The notes: generated by a model not told the origin, from the letters alone. Positions 35,521 through 48,442 are shown, numbered from the whole stretch's first letter. The stretch: DNA of 62,249 nucleotides, filler included, from Pirum gemmata (GCA_002812295.1; 17 parts of 17 records of this genome joined end to end with filler, not necessarily neighbours in it), one strand, 5' to 3'. Numbers and translations: made by a program.

Positions 35521-37927
35521 AAAAAAATTCGACACATTCTCACCTGCAATACATGATACATCACACAACCCCGCAGACTCTTGCTGGTCAACTTCCTTGC
35601 TAAATAACTACAGCACACTAATAAACTCAGAATAAACTAACACCACCAAAACTACATTCAAAATTTCACATCACTCCAGTATCACTCCTCTAGTTCTACC
35701 TGTGCAAAAAATGTAGATCCTCAAATTTTACAATGTAAAGTTATTTCTAGAAAAAGTTATTGTACCTATAGCCACTAACGTTCCTACAACAAAAGAACAA
35801 CACAATAAATCATAGACTATAGCATTATATTATTATAAATAGTATTATGAAAGTACAACAAGCTAAAACTGAACGACAATCAAATTATTAACTTATACCA
35901 AAGTATTATGAAACAAATCAACAAATTACAACTATATATTACAGGTGGTATGATAGTATCATAAATTCATAATAGCTATCATATCAAAAATATATCGATA
36001 TACCAGGTATCAATAATATAATGACCATATCAGTGATATATGCATAATATTATAATATAGTCTGCAATAGCTATAGTCTAACTGTACTATGATATTTTTA
36101 TAAGAAAAAATAGAAAAAATTCTATGATATGATTGATATCATAGAAAAAAAAAAACTTTAGTCTATATATAGATGTAATGTAGTCTAAGACTAGTAGTGG
36201 TCTACCAGGTAATTATGATATTTGATTCTTTTAATTTGAGAGTAATTTGAGAGTAATTTGAGCTGATATTTCATCATATTTGACTGATATTTGCCATATA
36301 TGAAAAAATAGACTGGGGTATCTACCTATAACCTGCAAGAATCTGAGCTAGAAGAATCTGAGAGAATATTAGTATATCTACACGAGTACATTTTTTATCT
36401 AGTGGACAAGTTTTTTATATAATATGACATATTATCATATATAAATGATATATCGATAACACATCATAATGATGTATAGTATATATAACTGAGTCAATTA
36501 TACATCATAATAATGACTGATGTATTTACAATATAGGTATATAGCAAATTTTCAGTAGTCTAATTATGCAAGAACCTAAACCATTAATGAGTAATGCCTC
36601 TAAATAGCTGGAATCTACAACTACCGTAATCATGACAAATAGTAGTGTTAATTAAAGTAAAAACTGATGATAACAATCTCAACAACTGAACGGAATATGG
36701 AACAAAATGAAAGGGTAAAAAATAATCAAAATCAGGAGAATCAACACAAAATTAGTTTAGGTAGTTTATTATTAATTCTAGCTAAAAAAAAAAAAGAAAA
36801 TAGTTAAGAAAACCATTGAAGAAATTTTTTTTTTTTTTGATTCACAGGTGGGGAAATTATTGGAAAACCCCGACTGGTTGTTATTGGGACAACGATATTT
36901 GGACTTTTATGTTGTATTTATAGACGGTCTTACAATATCTCCATTAAATTTTAGAAAAAAACCTTTTCAATGTCATTGCTTTAGTAATAGTAGTGTAGCT
37001 AGAGTTCAACGGATTTTTCAAACTATGATACAAATAACAGTTCAAATGACAGACCGCCCTAATAATAATTTTAAAATATATGATAATATTATATAAAAAA
37101 AATAATAATTTCTCTAGATCCCCCACTTTTTTTTACAAACAAGTTTTAATAATTAATATTTTCCAAAGTTGTAAATCTTCTTTCGTGAACCTACCGGTAT
37201 ATGATTGATTTTGGTCGTGGGGATTTGTGGATTTGTGGGTCTGTTGTGGCACGGCACACAAGTCATGAGCGTCGAGCATAATATTATATAGTGCATGAGG
37301 GTACTATGAGGGTGGACTTAAATCGCACACACAAATATGTGAACGTGTGTACTAGCTAGATACTAAAATTTAACGCTCATGTAACCCACTGTATTCATTA
37401 TCTCAAACAATATTAATTACGTGGTACATAATAGTATTGCTAGTACTTGTTTTACTAGTTAGAAAATTTAATCTAATTATATAGTATTGATGACAATAAT
37501 GAAGAATATTAAATATAAGGAAAAGAAAAATAACCTTAATTAAGAACGGCAATATAAACAGGCAACAACAACAATAGCAATGTTGAAATAAATACTAATA
37601 ATAATAATAATTATAATAATATTTANNNNNNNNNNNNNNNNNNNNNNNNNNNNNNNNNNNNNNNNNNNNTTAATTAATTAANNNNNNNNNNNNNNNNNNN
37701 NNNNNNNNNNNNNNNNNNNNNNNNNTAAAACAAGAACAAAGGCCAAAGCAAAAAAAAAAAAAAAAATTAAAAAATTAATTGAAAGTAGTCATTTCAAACA
37801 ATGTAGTAAAACTTCTGCAGCTTAAATACAGCACCGAAGAAATTTGAACATAACATTGTCCAGAAAAACATGCCTTGTTTGATTTTGATGGTACCATAAA
37901 CATTTGGGGTTTACTAAAAATATCACA

Positions 37928-39307
37928 ATGCTAAAACATTGTAGTAACAATGTTAATGATGACCGAGCTGGGAACAACTCTTTGTTCCTTGCTTTAAGGG
38001 ATATTGGTGGTGAAAAGGCTACCGTAATCGCTAGAGACTTAGAAGAAAACAAAATTATAACAACGTTGGATCTAGGTGATGTTGATATTGGCCGTGTGGG
38101 GGCTGGAAAAATTGCTGATGCTTTAAAAAAAAACAAAACCATTACATTGTTGAATCTTAGAAATAATAGTATCGGTGACGATGGTGCTGTTGAAATCGCA
38201 AATTCGTTGAAAAAAAACAAATCGATTACAACTTTGGATCTTGGTGATAACGATATCAGTGACAATGGTGTTTACAAAATAGCCAACGCTTTGAACGAAA
38301 ACAAAACGGTAGCAACTTTGGACCTTGGCTTTAACGCCATTGGTGATGACGGAGCCGGGATCTTAGTCAATTCTTTAAAAGAAAATGAAACAATAACAAC
38401 ACTATACCTTAATGATAATGAAATTGGTGCTGATGGTGCTGAAAAAATAGGTAATTCTTTGAAAGAAAATAAAGTGATAGTAGCATTGGACCTTAGTCAG
38501 AATGAAATTGGTGGAAAAGGGGCTGAACAAATAGCTAATGCCTTAAAAATAAATAAAACGTTGACCACTTTGGATCTTGGGGATAATAAAATTGGTAAAT
38601 ATGGGTGTGAGAAAATTGCCAATGCTTTGGAAGAAAACAGAACTTTAACAACATTACATCTTAGTGGCAATGATATTGGTGACGATGGTGCTAGTAAGAT
38701 AGCTAGAGCTTTGGAAAAAAATAAAACTGTAACATCATTAATTCTTAATCATAATGGGATTAGTGATAAAGGAGCTAGTCAAATAGCTATCTCTTTAAAA
38801 AAGAATAAAACGTTAAACTTGCTGAACCTGGGTTTTAATGATATTGGTGAAGTTGGGGCTTGTAGATTTGCTGATGCGTTAAAAAAGAACAAAACAATGA
38901 CATCATTAATATTACATTGTGGCTTAAACGTAAAGCATGGTAAACTAGAAGCAATTATAAAGCGAAATAGAATGTCTTTGTTTCATATTTTTATTAAAAA
39001 GACATTTTTATCATTCGATGACATTATCATTTTAAACCAGTGTGATAAGAATGTTCTTCAAAAGTATGGCACTATGAAAAAAGTAAGAAATCTACAAATT
39101 CATTCTCGTATAGCAAAAATAACTCAACAAGCGAAAATTAAAGTTTTATTAATAATAATAAATGCGTTGTTACCTAACCATGATTTACCAAGGAAGTTGA
39201 TAATAACTATAGCTGGCTATATGAATTTTAATGCGAATTTTCGAATTTATTACCTTGTTGCTGGTGCCATCTTTACTAAATTGAGTGTGAAAAATGAATG
39301 GCCTTAG
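37928..39307 (+). CDS. Ribonuclease-inhibitor-type (NLRC3-like) 28-residue LRR protein, intronless
   Basis: About 11 repeats of N.T(I/L)TTL.L..N.IGD.GA..IA.AL.. followed by a basic C-terminal region of about 125 aa. The first in-frame ATG is at 37928. No NACHT domain is present on this ORF. Confidence 0.88.
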   Translation: MLKHCSNNVNDDRAGNNSLFLALRDIGGEKATVIARDLEENKIITTLDLGDVDIGRVGAGKIADALKKNKTITLLNLRNNSIGDDGAVEIANSLKKNKSITTLDLGDNDISDNGVYKIANALNENKTVATLDLGFNAIGDDGAGILVNSLKENETITTLYLNDNEIGADGAEKIGNSLKENKVIVALDLSQNEIGGKGAEQIANALKINKTLTTLDLGDNKIGKYGCEKIANALEENRTLTTLHLSGNDIGDDGASKIARALEKNKTVTSLILNHNGISDKGASQIAISLKKNKTLNLLNLGFNDIGEVGACRFADALKKNKTMTSLILHCGLNVKHGKLEAIIKRNRMSLFHIFIKKTFLSFDDIIILNQCDKNVLQKYGTMKKVRNLQIHSRIAKITQQAKIKVLLIIINALLPNHDLPRKLIITIAGYMNFNANFRIYYLVAGAIFTKLSVKNEWP

Positions 39308-39559
39308 GGAAAGTATCAATAAACGAAATTTTGAGGAATATTTTTTGTCTTTGATCACTGAATAAGAACATGATGACATCAAATAAAATATTATTGTCAT
39401 GGAATAAGAAAATGATAACATCAAATAAGATACTATTATCATCACTGTGTTATTGATATTTTTTAGAAGTTGTTAAATCTTTTATTTCGGGTAAAATTAT
39501 TTCTATATATTAATATATTTCTTCATTTATGTTATCCATGTAGTTTGACCTATACATAT

Positions 39560-39595
<36 letters not shown>

Positions 39596-40276
39596 TATTT
39601 TATTATTGTTTGATAAAAAAAAAGTTATATTTAGAAAACAAAATAATAAATAACAAATAATAAATAATAAAATATTTTTTTTTCTTTTTTATGATACCTA
39701 CATAAAAAATGAGTTTTTATCAGTTACATTCAAAATTACATTTTTATTTCTTTGATATTTTCAAAACGTATTTATCTTAAGTTACGTACTAATTATTTGA
39801 AGGTAGCTACAAGATGCAAAAAAAAATTAAATATTATTGCTCATCATAACCCTAACCTTTACCCTAACTCTAACCTTACTCTTTTTTTTTAATGAAACCA
39901 ACAACAACCAACAACCAACAACAGCCATTAACAAAATCATTTTCATCAACATCGCCATTAATAACAACAACAAAAAAAAAACCACAATCTGCAACATTAG
40001 CAACCCCAATCAATAACAACAGCATAGGCACGTAGTTATATAGAATTTTAAAACCCCTTAAGCCTCGTAGGGCCAAGATGTCCATTTGCTGTGGTGGTGC
40101 TGGTGCTGACACTGGTGGCTGTGCTGCTGGTAGTGGAGGTGATGGTGGTCGTGGTGCTGAAGCTGGTGGCTGTGCTGCTGGTAGTTCTGGTAGTGGTAGT
40201 GATGGTGGTAATGGAAGTGGATAGTATGGTGGTAGGGTAGTAGTAGTAGTAGTAGTAGTTTGCTTTACTTAATAAG

Positions 40277-40995
40277 TTAACTTTCACAGTTTCTTGGTAT
40301 TCTTCTTAAATTACTTTCAATATCTATATCTAACTTATCATCATCCATTTCTTCCTTAATAACCATTTTAATGTCCTCAGATAATTGTTGCACTGCTTTT
40401 TTTAAAGTAACATTTACAGAATCGGAGCCAGTATAAATATCATCTATGTCTCCTAAATTATCCTGTGGGGTAGTGGCAGTAAAAAAATAATAAAGCCCGA
40501 TTAATTCACCCGCAAACCGAGAGGGCGGCATATGTTTGAGAATTTCCTTATCACTAAAATGATAGGTGGCTGGGTCCCTAAACATAAAGTCCATAACATT
40601 AAATGCTGGTATGACAAATGGTACAGTCTTACCACCCTCACTAAAATCATCTATTCTACTGAAACCATGCTGAACGACGGTGTAAAAATAAGTATTGAGT
40701 ATTTTTACTAGTTCGTGCTTTTTTGAAATATGGTCTTGGTTTTGGTTAAGTAAATTTTTCATGTTTAAGTGCTTAGTACTTTTGGCTTTCTTGAAAAAGT
40801 CTTGTAGTTGTATATCGTGTTTGACGTCTGTGTCTTTATGATAAAGCGCGTGGACTACAGTTTCACTAAACTTTTTAGTCATTTGTTCTAATTGTATTGC
40901 ATGACGTGCATTTGGGAGTAAATCCCAAGGTTTTACTTTTGTGAAATCTTCAACAAAAATTCTATTATTCGATAAAATATGAGATGGGAGTTGAC
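40277..40995 (-). CDS. Hypothetical protein, internal or terminal exon
   Basis: An acceptor (ttcaag, ending at 40996) extends the 201-aa ORF upstream with GQLPSHILSNNRIFVEDFTKVKPWDLLPNARHAIQLEQM. Composition is globular but the family is not recognised, and the 3' end is uncertain. Confidence 0.6.
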
Positions 40996-41770
40996 CTTGA
41001 AGTGTGTGAAAATTAATACAATAGTAAGCATAGAATCGGGCACTACCTATCTACCTATCTAGTATTTACTACTATTTACTACTATTTACTACTATTTACT
41101 ACTATTTACTACTATTTACTACTATTTACTACTATTTACTACTACTACTACTACTACNNNNNNNNNNNNNNNNNNNNNNNNNNNNNNNNNNNNNNNNNNN
41201 NTTAATTAATTAANNNNNNNNNNNNNNNNNNNNNNNNNNNNNNNNNNNNNNNNNNNNTTTTTATTTTAAAATATAATATAATGTACACATAACATAATAT
41301 TATAAACTAGTTTTTTATTTTAAAATATAATATAGTGAACACATAATATTATAATTAATATATTATAATATTATATATATAGTATATGATATTATTATTC
41401 ATATTATATAAGGCGACCTTATGTTAAATAGAGTTCATGGCAGAAAACATCGAATTAAAGCTTGTATTTCTCAAAATTCAAAAGATGATTTATATTATAC
41501 AAATAAAAAGAATTGAAAAACTTTTGAAATTAATACACATCGATATCATGCATTTATTTTCATAAAACGTAATGTACCATACTAAGATGTAGTTTATAAT
41601 AAATTTAGATTTTTTTGTTAATAGTTTCGAAAATCCTATTATCTAAGTCTTATGACCATTAATTATTATTAACAATAATAATTATTGTATATTAATTTCA
41701 AAAATCTTAGTAATGAATTAATATACATAATTATGGAGTCATAATATTATGGGTTATTAGTAAATTGCAT

Positions 41771-42766
41771 TCATTTACACATGGATGCATCATGATTTAG
41801 AGCATTTAAATTAGTAATAAAATTGACTTGCTGACAAATTTGCATAACTTGTGGTACATTATTTTGCACTAAAAACTCATCTTCGTACCTCAATAATGGA
41901 CTATCAGCGCCATTATTCATAATACTAACCATATAACTAGAAACAATGGATTTTGTCATTACATCACCCATTTTCACGGCCGCGCCATAAGGTGCACTAA
42001 ACATTAATTCTCCAGGAACCGCACGCACACCCTCAAAAATGGAGCTAGAATCCCAAGCTAAACCCAAACAAGCATTGGAATTTATATTTTCTTTTGCATC
42101 TTCAATATCAACTTCTTTAAAAGTAATGGATTGAAAAGTTTCTTTTAATTGCTCTAAAGCAAAATAGCCAGTTCTAACACACACTACATTTTCAATTTTA
42201 TCATTACCGTTTTCGTTAATAGAATTTAAGGTTAAGTTGTTTTCTACAGCGTTGTCATACTTTTCATCAGTAGTAAACAGAATGGTACCATCTAGATAAT
42301 AATAAGGCTGAACAAAATCAACTACTTCTTCTCTTGTCGCTGTCACTGAAAAACGAGATATGACCACATCAACAACATTATTATCTAGTTCTGTTAATCT
42401 ACTTGTTAAATTGTCCAACGGAATAATAGTACAGTCAAACTCTTCCAAATCATTAGTTAGGTTTTTAACATAATCACAAAATCTATTTATGATATTGCAT
42501 TCAAAAGATTCTCCACATAATAGGGTTTCGTTATTAACCCCTGATAATTCCAAGTCATGAAAATGCTCATTTGCCCCTGCTTTAACCACCCCTATTTTGA
42601 CAGTTCGTTTCGCTTTTGTAGGCTGGTTCTGATGCTGGTGGTGGTGGTGGTGGTGGTGGTGATATACTAATTGATGCACATGTTTTCCTTCTGATTCTAC
42701 ACTATGGGAAAGGATAGTCAATAATACAAATAGTAAACTTAAAAGTAGCACTGGATTATTATACAT
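41771..42766 (-). CDS. Secreted extracellular solute-binding protein family 3 (PBP type 2, polar amino-acid binding) with poly-His tract, intronless
   Basis: Signal peptide, then VKIGV...RLTELDNNVVDVVISRFSVTATREEVVDFVQPYYYLDG...VCVRTG...APYGAAVKMGD, the canonical SBP_bac_3 motif series. There are no TM helices after the signal peptide. Confidence 0.85.
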   Translation of the reverse strand: MYNNPVLLLSLLFVLLTILSHSVESEGKHVHQLVYHHHHHHHHQHQNQPTKAKRTVKIGVVKAGANEHFHDLELSGVNNETLLCGESFECNIINRFCDYVKNLTNDLEEFDCTIIPLDNLTSRLTELDNNVVDVVISRFSVTATREEVVDFVQPYYYLDGTILFTTDEKYDNAVENNLTLNSINENGNDKIENVVCVRTGYFALEQLKETFQSITFKEVDIEDAKENINSNACLGLAWDSSSIFEGVRAVPGELMFSAPYGAAVKMGDVMTKSIVSSYMVSIMNNGADSPLLRYEDEFLVQNNVPQVMQICQQVNFITNLNALNHDASMCK

Positions 42767-42990
42767 CGTAATAACACTTTTTTTTTGTACAATCTACGGT
42801 TTGTTTTGTTTTTATTATAATATGATTTTGAATATTAATAACAAAGTATTGTTTTTTGTTTTTGTTTTTGTTTTTGGTTTTGTTTTTTCTGCTTTTTTTT
42901 TTGTAACACTTAAATATCATAAAATATTACAAGAGAACGATACTATCACATTGATTATTATTATGATAATAATATTTTTTTTTTTTTTGA

Positions 42991-43219
42991 CTACCAAGCC
43001 AGATAATAATGCCTCCGCCATAATATTATGAGCTCAAATATCCAAATAATCTCAAAATAATCCAATAATTTTAATAAATCGTCTAACTAATAACACTCTC
43101 TTATGAACCAATGACCAGTTTTAAGAAATAATTTGGCTAGTTAAAGTTTTAAAAAGGTTTTAGAAAAAGAAGTCTAAGAAAAAGAAGTCAAAGAAAAAAT
43201 GATTTATCTGGTTTGGCTG
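42991..43219 (+). mobile_element. MITE family A, full length, about 220 bp upstream of the solute-binding protein start
   Basis: ttga|CTACCAAGCCAGATAA...TTATCTGGTTTGGCTG|ttaa. Confidence 0.78.
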
Positions 43220-43773
43220 TTAAAAAATATATATACCATATATATATAACAATAACAATAACAATAACAATAACAATAACAATAACAATAACAATAACAA
43301 TAACAATAACAATAACAATAACAATAACAATAACAATAACAATAAAAATAACAATAACAATAACAATATAAATAGTCAAACATGATATAAACAACTCAAA
43401 AAAGTACAATTTTTTGGGTTTCTCCAGAATTTTCAATTTTCGAACATAAGTAATGTAATAGATTTGAACTTTTCAAACATAAAAAAAAAGATAAAGGTTG
43501 TTTTCACCATATATAGATAGATAAAGGCTACACATTCGAGATATTCTATATATAGGTTTATTTTTACAATAGTTTTTTTAGAAGAGGTTTTTAGTGAAGG
43601 GCAATTGGCATTTTATTAGAAGAAGTACAAGTGTAACTGTAAACTACCAATGAATGACTTTCATTATATCAATTACACGGTATCCATTTTGATGTTCACA
43701 AGGAATATATATGATATTATGCCATTCGAGGCTCGGTTCACAAACAAATTCGAGGTATTTTTCACGGGTTCAA

Positions 43774-44152
43774 TCCCTAACTCTAACCCTAACTCTAACC
43801 CTAACCCTAACCCTAACCCTAACCCTAACCCTAACCCTAACCCTAACCCTAACCCTAACCCTAACCCTNNNNNNNNNNNNNNNNNNNNNNNNNNNNNNNN
43901 NNNNNNNNNNNNNNNNNNNNNNNNNNNNNNNNNNNNNNNNNNNNNNNNNNNNNNNNNNNNNNNNNNNNNNNNNNNNNNNNNNNNNNNNNNNNNNNNNNNN
44001 NNACCCTAACCCTAACCCTAACCCTAACCCTAACCCTAACCCTAACCCTAACCCTAACCCTAACCCTAACCCTAACCCTAACCCTAACCCTGACCCTGAC
44101 CCTAACCCTAACCTTTACCCTAACCCCTAACCCTAACCCTAACCCTAACCCT
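43774..44152. repeat. Interstitial (CCCTAA)n telomere-type array spanning an assembly gap
   Basis: Near-perfect CCCTAA repeats with unique sequence on both sides. Confidence 0.9.
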
Positions 44153-45193
44153 GTATGATGTCATAGGTTCGAAATATTCAAGGTCATTCGAGTATCGGAA
44201 AAGTTGATCGAAATAGAGTCCTTAAATATCTCTTATCTCATTTGAAATTATAGAGTGATTATTGGTTAAACTTTGTCATTATAATTTTAAATATGGAAGT
44301 TTTTCAAAACGCTTTTTAATTCTTTCCATATATGTAGTATTTTTTTAAAAAACGAGACCCAGACTCGATATTTAATTTGGTACTGTTTAGTATATAATTG
44401 AGCATTTTTATAAAATATAATATTTATTATCAGGTATTGAATTAATTAAAAAATGTCTAAAAGTTTTAATTTGGAATGTTCTTTTTAGTTTTGAACTGAC
44501 CAAAATCATTTGATAAAAATATTATAGAAAAAAAATTGTAATAATATTATAAATATGATACTACATGATACAAATTTTTAAAAATATAGACTATATATGG
44601 TCAATAATACATCATAGTATATTTTTTTATATATTTTTCTCTTTTATCGTTTTATTTTTATTATTTTTTATTGAATATTAAATATTTATTATCAATTAAA
44701 TAATAATAAATAAATAAATNNNNNNNNNNNNNNNNNNNNNNNNNNNNNNNNNNNNNNNNNNNNTTAATTAATTAANNNNNNNNNNNNNNNNNNNNNNNNN
44801 NNNNNNNNNNNNNNNNNNNATTTAAGTCAAATTTTCAATTTTTGTCGTACCCTAGGTTGATATTAGTATTATGACGTCATGTCATCCCTCCTCTATTAGT
44901 CTATAACCTAAAAAAAATTTTAATTAATTTTTCACTCTCTCATTGGTTACAGATAAGAATTAAACCAACAAAAAAAATTGAAATTTATTTAATATAACTT
45001 TGCTATTCGCTATAATACTAATTATAATCTATTTATTTAACTACTGATAATAAAAAGACCCTGTTTATTTTTTTTTTAAAAAAAAAAAACCTCTATCTGC
45101 CAGTGGAAACGACCATAATAATAATAATGAATTGAAATACATAGCCTATAACTAGCCTATAAACACTCTATAAACTTCTGAATCTCCACTTCC

Positions 45194-45255
<62 letters not shown>

Positions 45256-45581
45256 AGTTCAAAAACTGAAATCGAAACTGAAATAAACATACTGGTTAAG
45301 CTATCAGACATGTTTTAATTAATTTAGTATTTTTTTATACTTAATTTTTCATTTTATAAAAAAGTTCAATTATACATTTAAACAGTACCAAATTAAAGAT
45401 TGAGAGGATAGACTAAATCAAGGACTTCAAACTGTTCAAAGATCTTCAAAGTTGAAAGTTACTAAAAAATATTTAAAAATAATAAATAATAATAATAAAT
45501 AATAATAATAATAAATGATAATAAACAATGAAAATAATGAATAAAAAAATGTAAATAAAGATGATAAACAATAACAAACCA

Positions 45582-45612
<31 letters not shown>

Positions 45613-45919
45613 AATAATAATAACAGTTACTACTAGACTAGCTAGCTTGCAAATTGAAAATATTATTGATAATAATTTATAATTATCGTGTTTTTCATTC
45701 ATTTTGTTACTATAAATATTTATTTGGAGGGCTATAGATAATAAAGTATGCCAAATTAAATTAAATGGATTTATATTATATTAATTAATTTCGTACTTTT
45801 TATTGTTTATTTCATGATGCCAAAACAACTGAAATAAATGTTATTCCTATCTTCACTATCCTTATCTTCTCTATCTTATCTTCTTTTCTATCAGCATCTT
45901 AAATTTTAGCGAATAAATC

Positions 45920-46190
45920 AAAGAGTATTAATATTGTTTTATTGATTTGGAAAAGGTCTTAGATGACTTTGAGAAGTTACCTTCTAGCTGCAATGTTTTT
46001 TGCATTTAATCTACAGGTGTAGAACAGCGAATCAATTTTCAGTAATTGCCACCAATACTAAAGCCGTAATTTACCTACTGGCAATCATATCATTCAATGT
46101 TAATTGTTTCCAAGAAAATCAGTTTGGTTTTCCTTGTAAAAATCAATATTTTTAATATTTCGATTATTGTGTTTCCAATGTATCTTTTAA
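45920..46190 (+). pseudogene. Highly decayed LINE reverse-transcriptase fragment
   Basis: INIVFIDLEKVLD at about 45928-45966 (compare VFIDLEKAFD) and TGVEQ at about 46013 (compare GVRQG). Confidence 0.5.
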
Positions 46191-47430
46191 TTTTAGGGTA
46201 TCTTCACTTGCCATTAACAATAAGAACAGCGCTTTTTTATAGACCTTATGGCACCAAATATATGAAATACTGATTTAAAATGTGGTTTTGCATCCAAATG
46301 CAACTTCATTTTAATTTTTTTATGTGTTGCAAATTTAAATTATTGATTATCATATATATAATACAGTTTTATTCGTATCTTCCCTATCCTATCTTTTAGG
46401 GTATCTTCACTTGCCATTGACAATAAGAACAGCGCTAGCGCTTTATCATGGCCCTGATGACACAAAATATATGAAGTACTGATTTCAAATGTGGTTTTGC
46501 ATCCAAATGCAACTTCTTTTTAATTTTTTAATTTTTTTATGTGTTGCAAATTTATTCCTATCTTCCCTATCCTATCTTTTAGTGTATCTTCACTTACCAT
46601 TGACAATAAGAACAGCTCTTTATCATGGCCCTTATGACACCATATATATGAAATACTGATTTCAAATGCGGTTTTGCATCCAAATGCAACTTCATTTTAT
46701 TTTTTTGTTTTTTTTATGTGTTGCAAATTTAAAATATTGATTATCATATTTATAATACAGTGTTATTCTTATCTTCCCTATCCTATCTTTCAAGGTATCT
46801 TCACTTGCCATTGACAATAAGAACAGCGCTTTATCATGGTCCTTATGACACCATATATATGAAATACTGATTTCAAATGTGGTTTTGCATCCAAATGCAA
46901 CTTCATTTATTAAATTTTTTATTTTTTTTATGTGTTGCAAATTTAAAATATTATCATATTTATAATACAGTGTTATTCCTATCTTCCCTATCCCATCTTT
47001 TAAGGTATCTTCACTTGCCATTAATTGACAATAAGAACAGGGCTTTATCATGGCCCTTATGACACCAAATATATGAAATACTGATTTCAAATGTGGTTTT
47101 TCATCTAAATGCAACTTCATTTTAATTTTTTATTTTTTTTATGTGTTGCAAATTTAAAATATTGATTATCATATTTTAATATAATACAGTGTTATTCCTA
47201 TCTTCTCTTTCCTATCTTCCCTATCCCATCTTTTAAAGTATCTTCACTTGCTATTGACAATAAGAACAGCGCTTTATCATGGCCCTTATGACACCAAATA
47301 TATGAAATACTGATTTCAAATGTGGTTTTGCATCCAAATGCAACTTCATTTTAATTTTTTATTTTTTTTATGTGTTGCAAATTTATTCCTATCTTCCCTA
47401 TCCTATCTTGTAGGGTATCTTCACTTAAAT
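46185..47430. repeat. Tandem repeat of about six units of 180-235 bp
   Basis: The anchor gtatcttcacttgccattgacaataagaacagcgc recurs at about 46198, 46401, 46584, 46795, 47005 and 47238, with a partial copy at 47415. Confidence 0.92.
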
Positions 47431-47823
47431 GTGGTTTTTTGTGCAAAATTAATTAGAACATTAGTCCATTTTTGACAAAACACACAATGTCATTTTATTT
47501 ATTATAGACGATATTTAAGTCTTTTATCGTTAAAAATGCCGTCAATGGACTACTTAGGTAGTTATTTATATATAAAACAATTAAAGGAACCTTAAGTAAA
47601 GATGTAACTATTTATTATTGACTGATTTTTCCTTCTTATAAAAAGCAGAGTCCTAAATTATTTATATTACTTTTTTATCTTTAGTATGAAGTGTAAAAAA
47701 AAAAGAGAAATCTCGATAATAGTAGTATAATAGTGCCTGCGGTCTTTTATAATATATGTTAGCTTTGCTAACAAATCATGATCATAAAAACACTAAATTA
47801 TACGTAAACATATATAAACACAA

Positions 47824-48203
47824 TCAAGTTACTATGATACTCTAAACAACTTCTAAACAGCAATACCAACACTATTTACGCTAAACACAACTAATAATGT
47901 AATCAATACGAAAGTAACACAATAATACAATTATACTCTATCAAATACAATGATATAAAAATATCAACCAAAATAACAAAAGAAAGTATGATAACAACTC
48001 TTAACAATAACACACTCGGTCAATCTTCAAAACGAAATGACTTTTCCGACGATTATAAAAACGATAAACAATAACTAGAGTATAATTGTATTATTGTGTT
48101 ACTTTCGTATTAATTACATTATTAGTTGTGTTTAGCGTAAATTGTTGGTATTTAGTCTTAGTGTTAGGCTGTTAGAGCTGTTTAGAGTATCATAGTAACT
48201 TGA
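47824..48203. mobile_element. Fold-back element, 380 bp, with inverted arms of about 115-130 bp
   Basis: 47824-47940 (tcaagttactatgatactctaaac...acaattatactcta) is the reverse complement of 48076-48203. Confidence 0.75.
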
Positions 48204-48442
48204 AAAAAAAAAAAAAAAACTCTTATTAATANNNNNNNNNNNNNNNNNNNNNNNNNNNNNNNNNNNNNNNNNNNNTTAATTAATTAANNNNNNNNNNNNN
48301 NNNNNNNNNNNNNNNNNNNNNNNNNNNNNNNAGGGGTCAGGGGTTAGGGGTTAAGGTTAGGGGTTAGGGGTTAGGGGTTAAGGTTAGGGGTAGGGTTTCG
48401 ATTACAGGTATGGTTAGAAGTTAGGATTAAGAGTTATAATAC

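Noticed and set aside
39990..40095. QMDILALRGLRGFKILYNYVP as a downstream exon of the 40277-40995 gene
   Set aside because: It looks coding-like, but I could not find a phase-compatible donor before the upstream stop, so it is left unresolved.
46185..47430. CRISPR-like array
   Set aside because: Whole units of about 200 bp are repeated with no unique spacers, there are no cas genes, and the context is eukaryotic.
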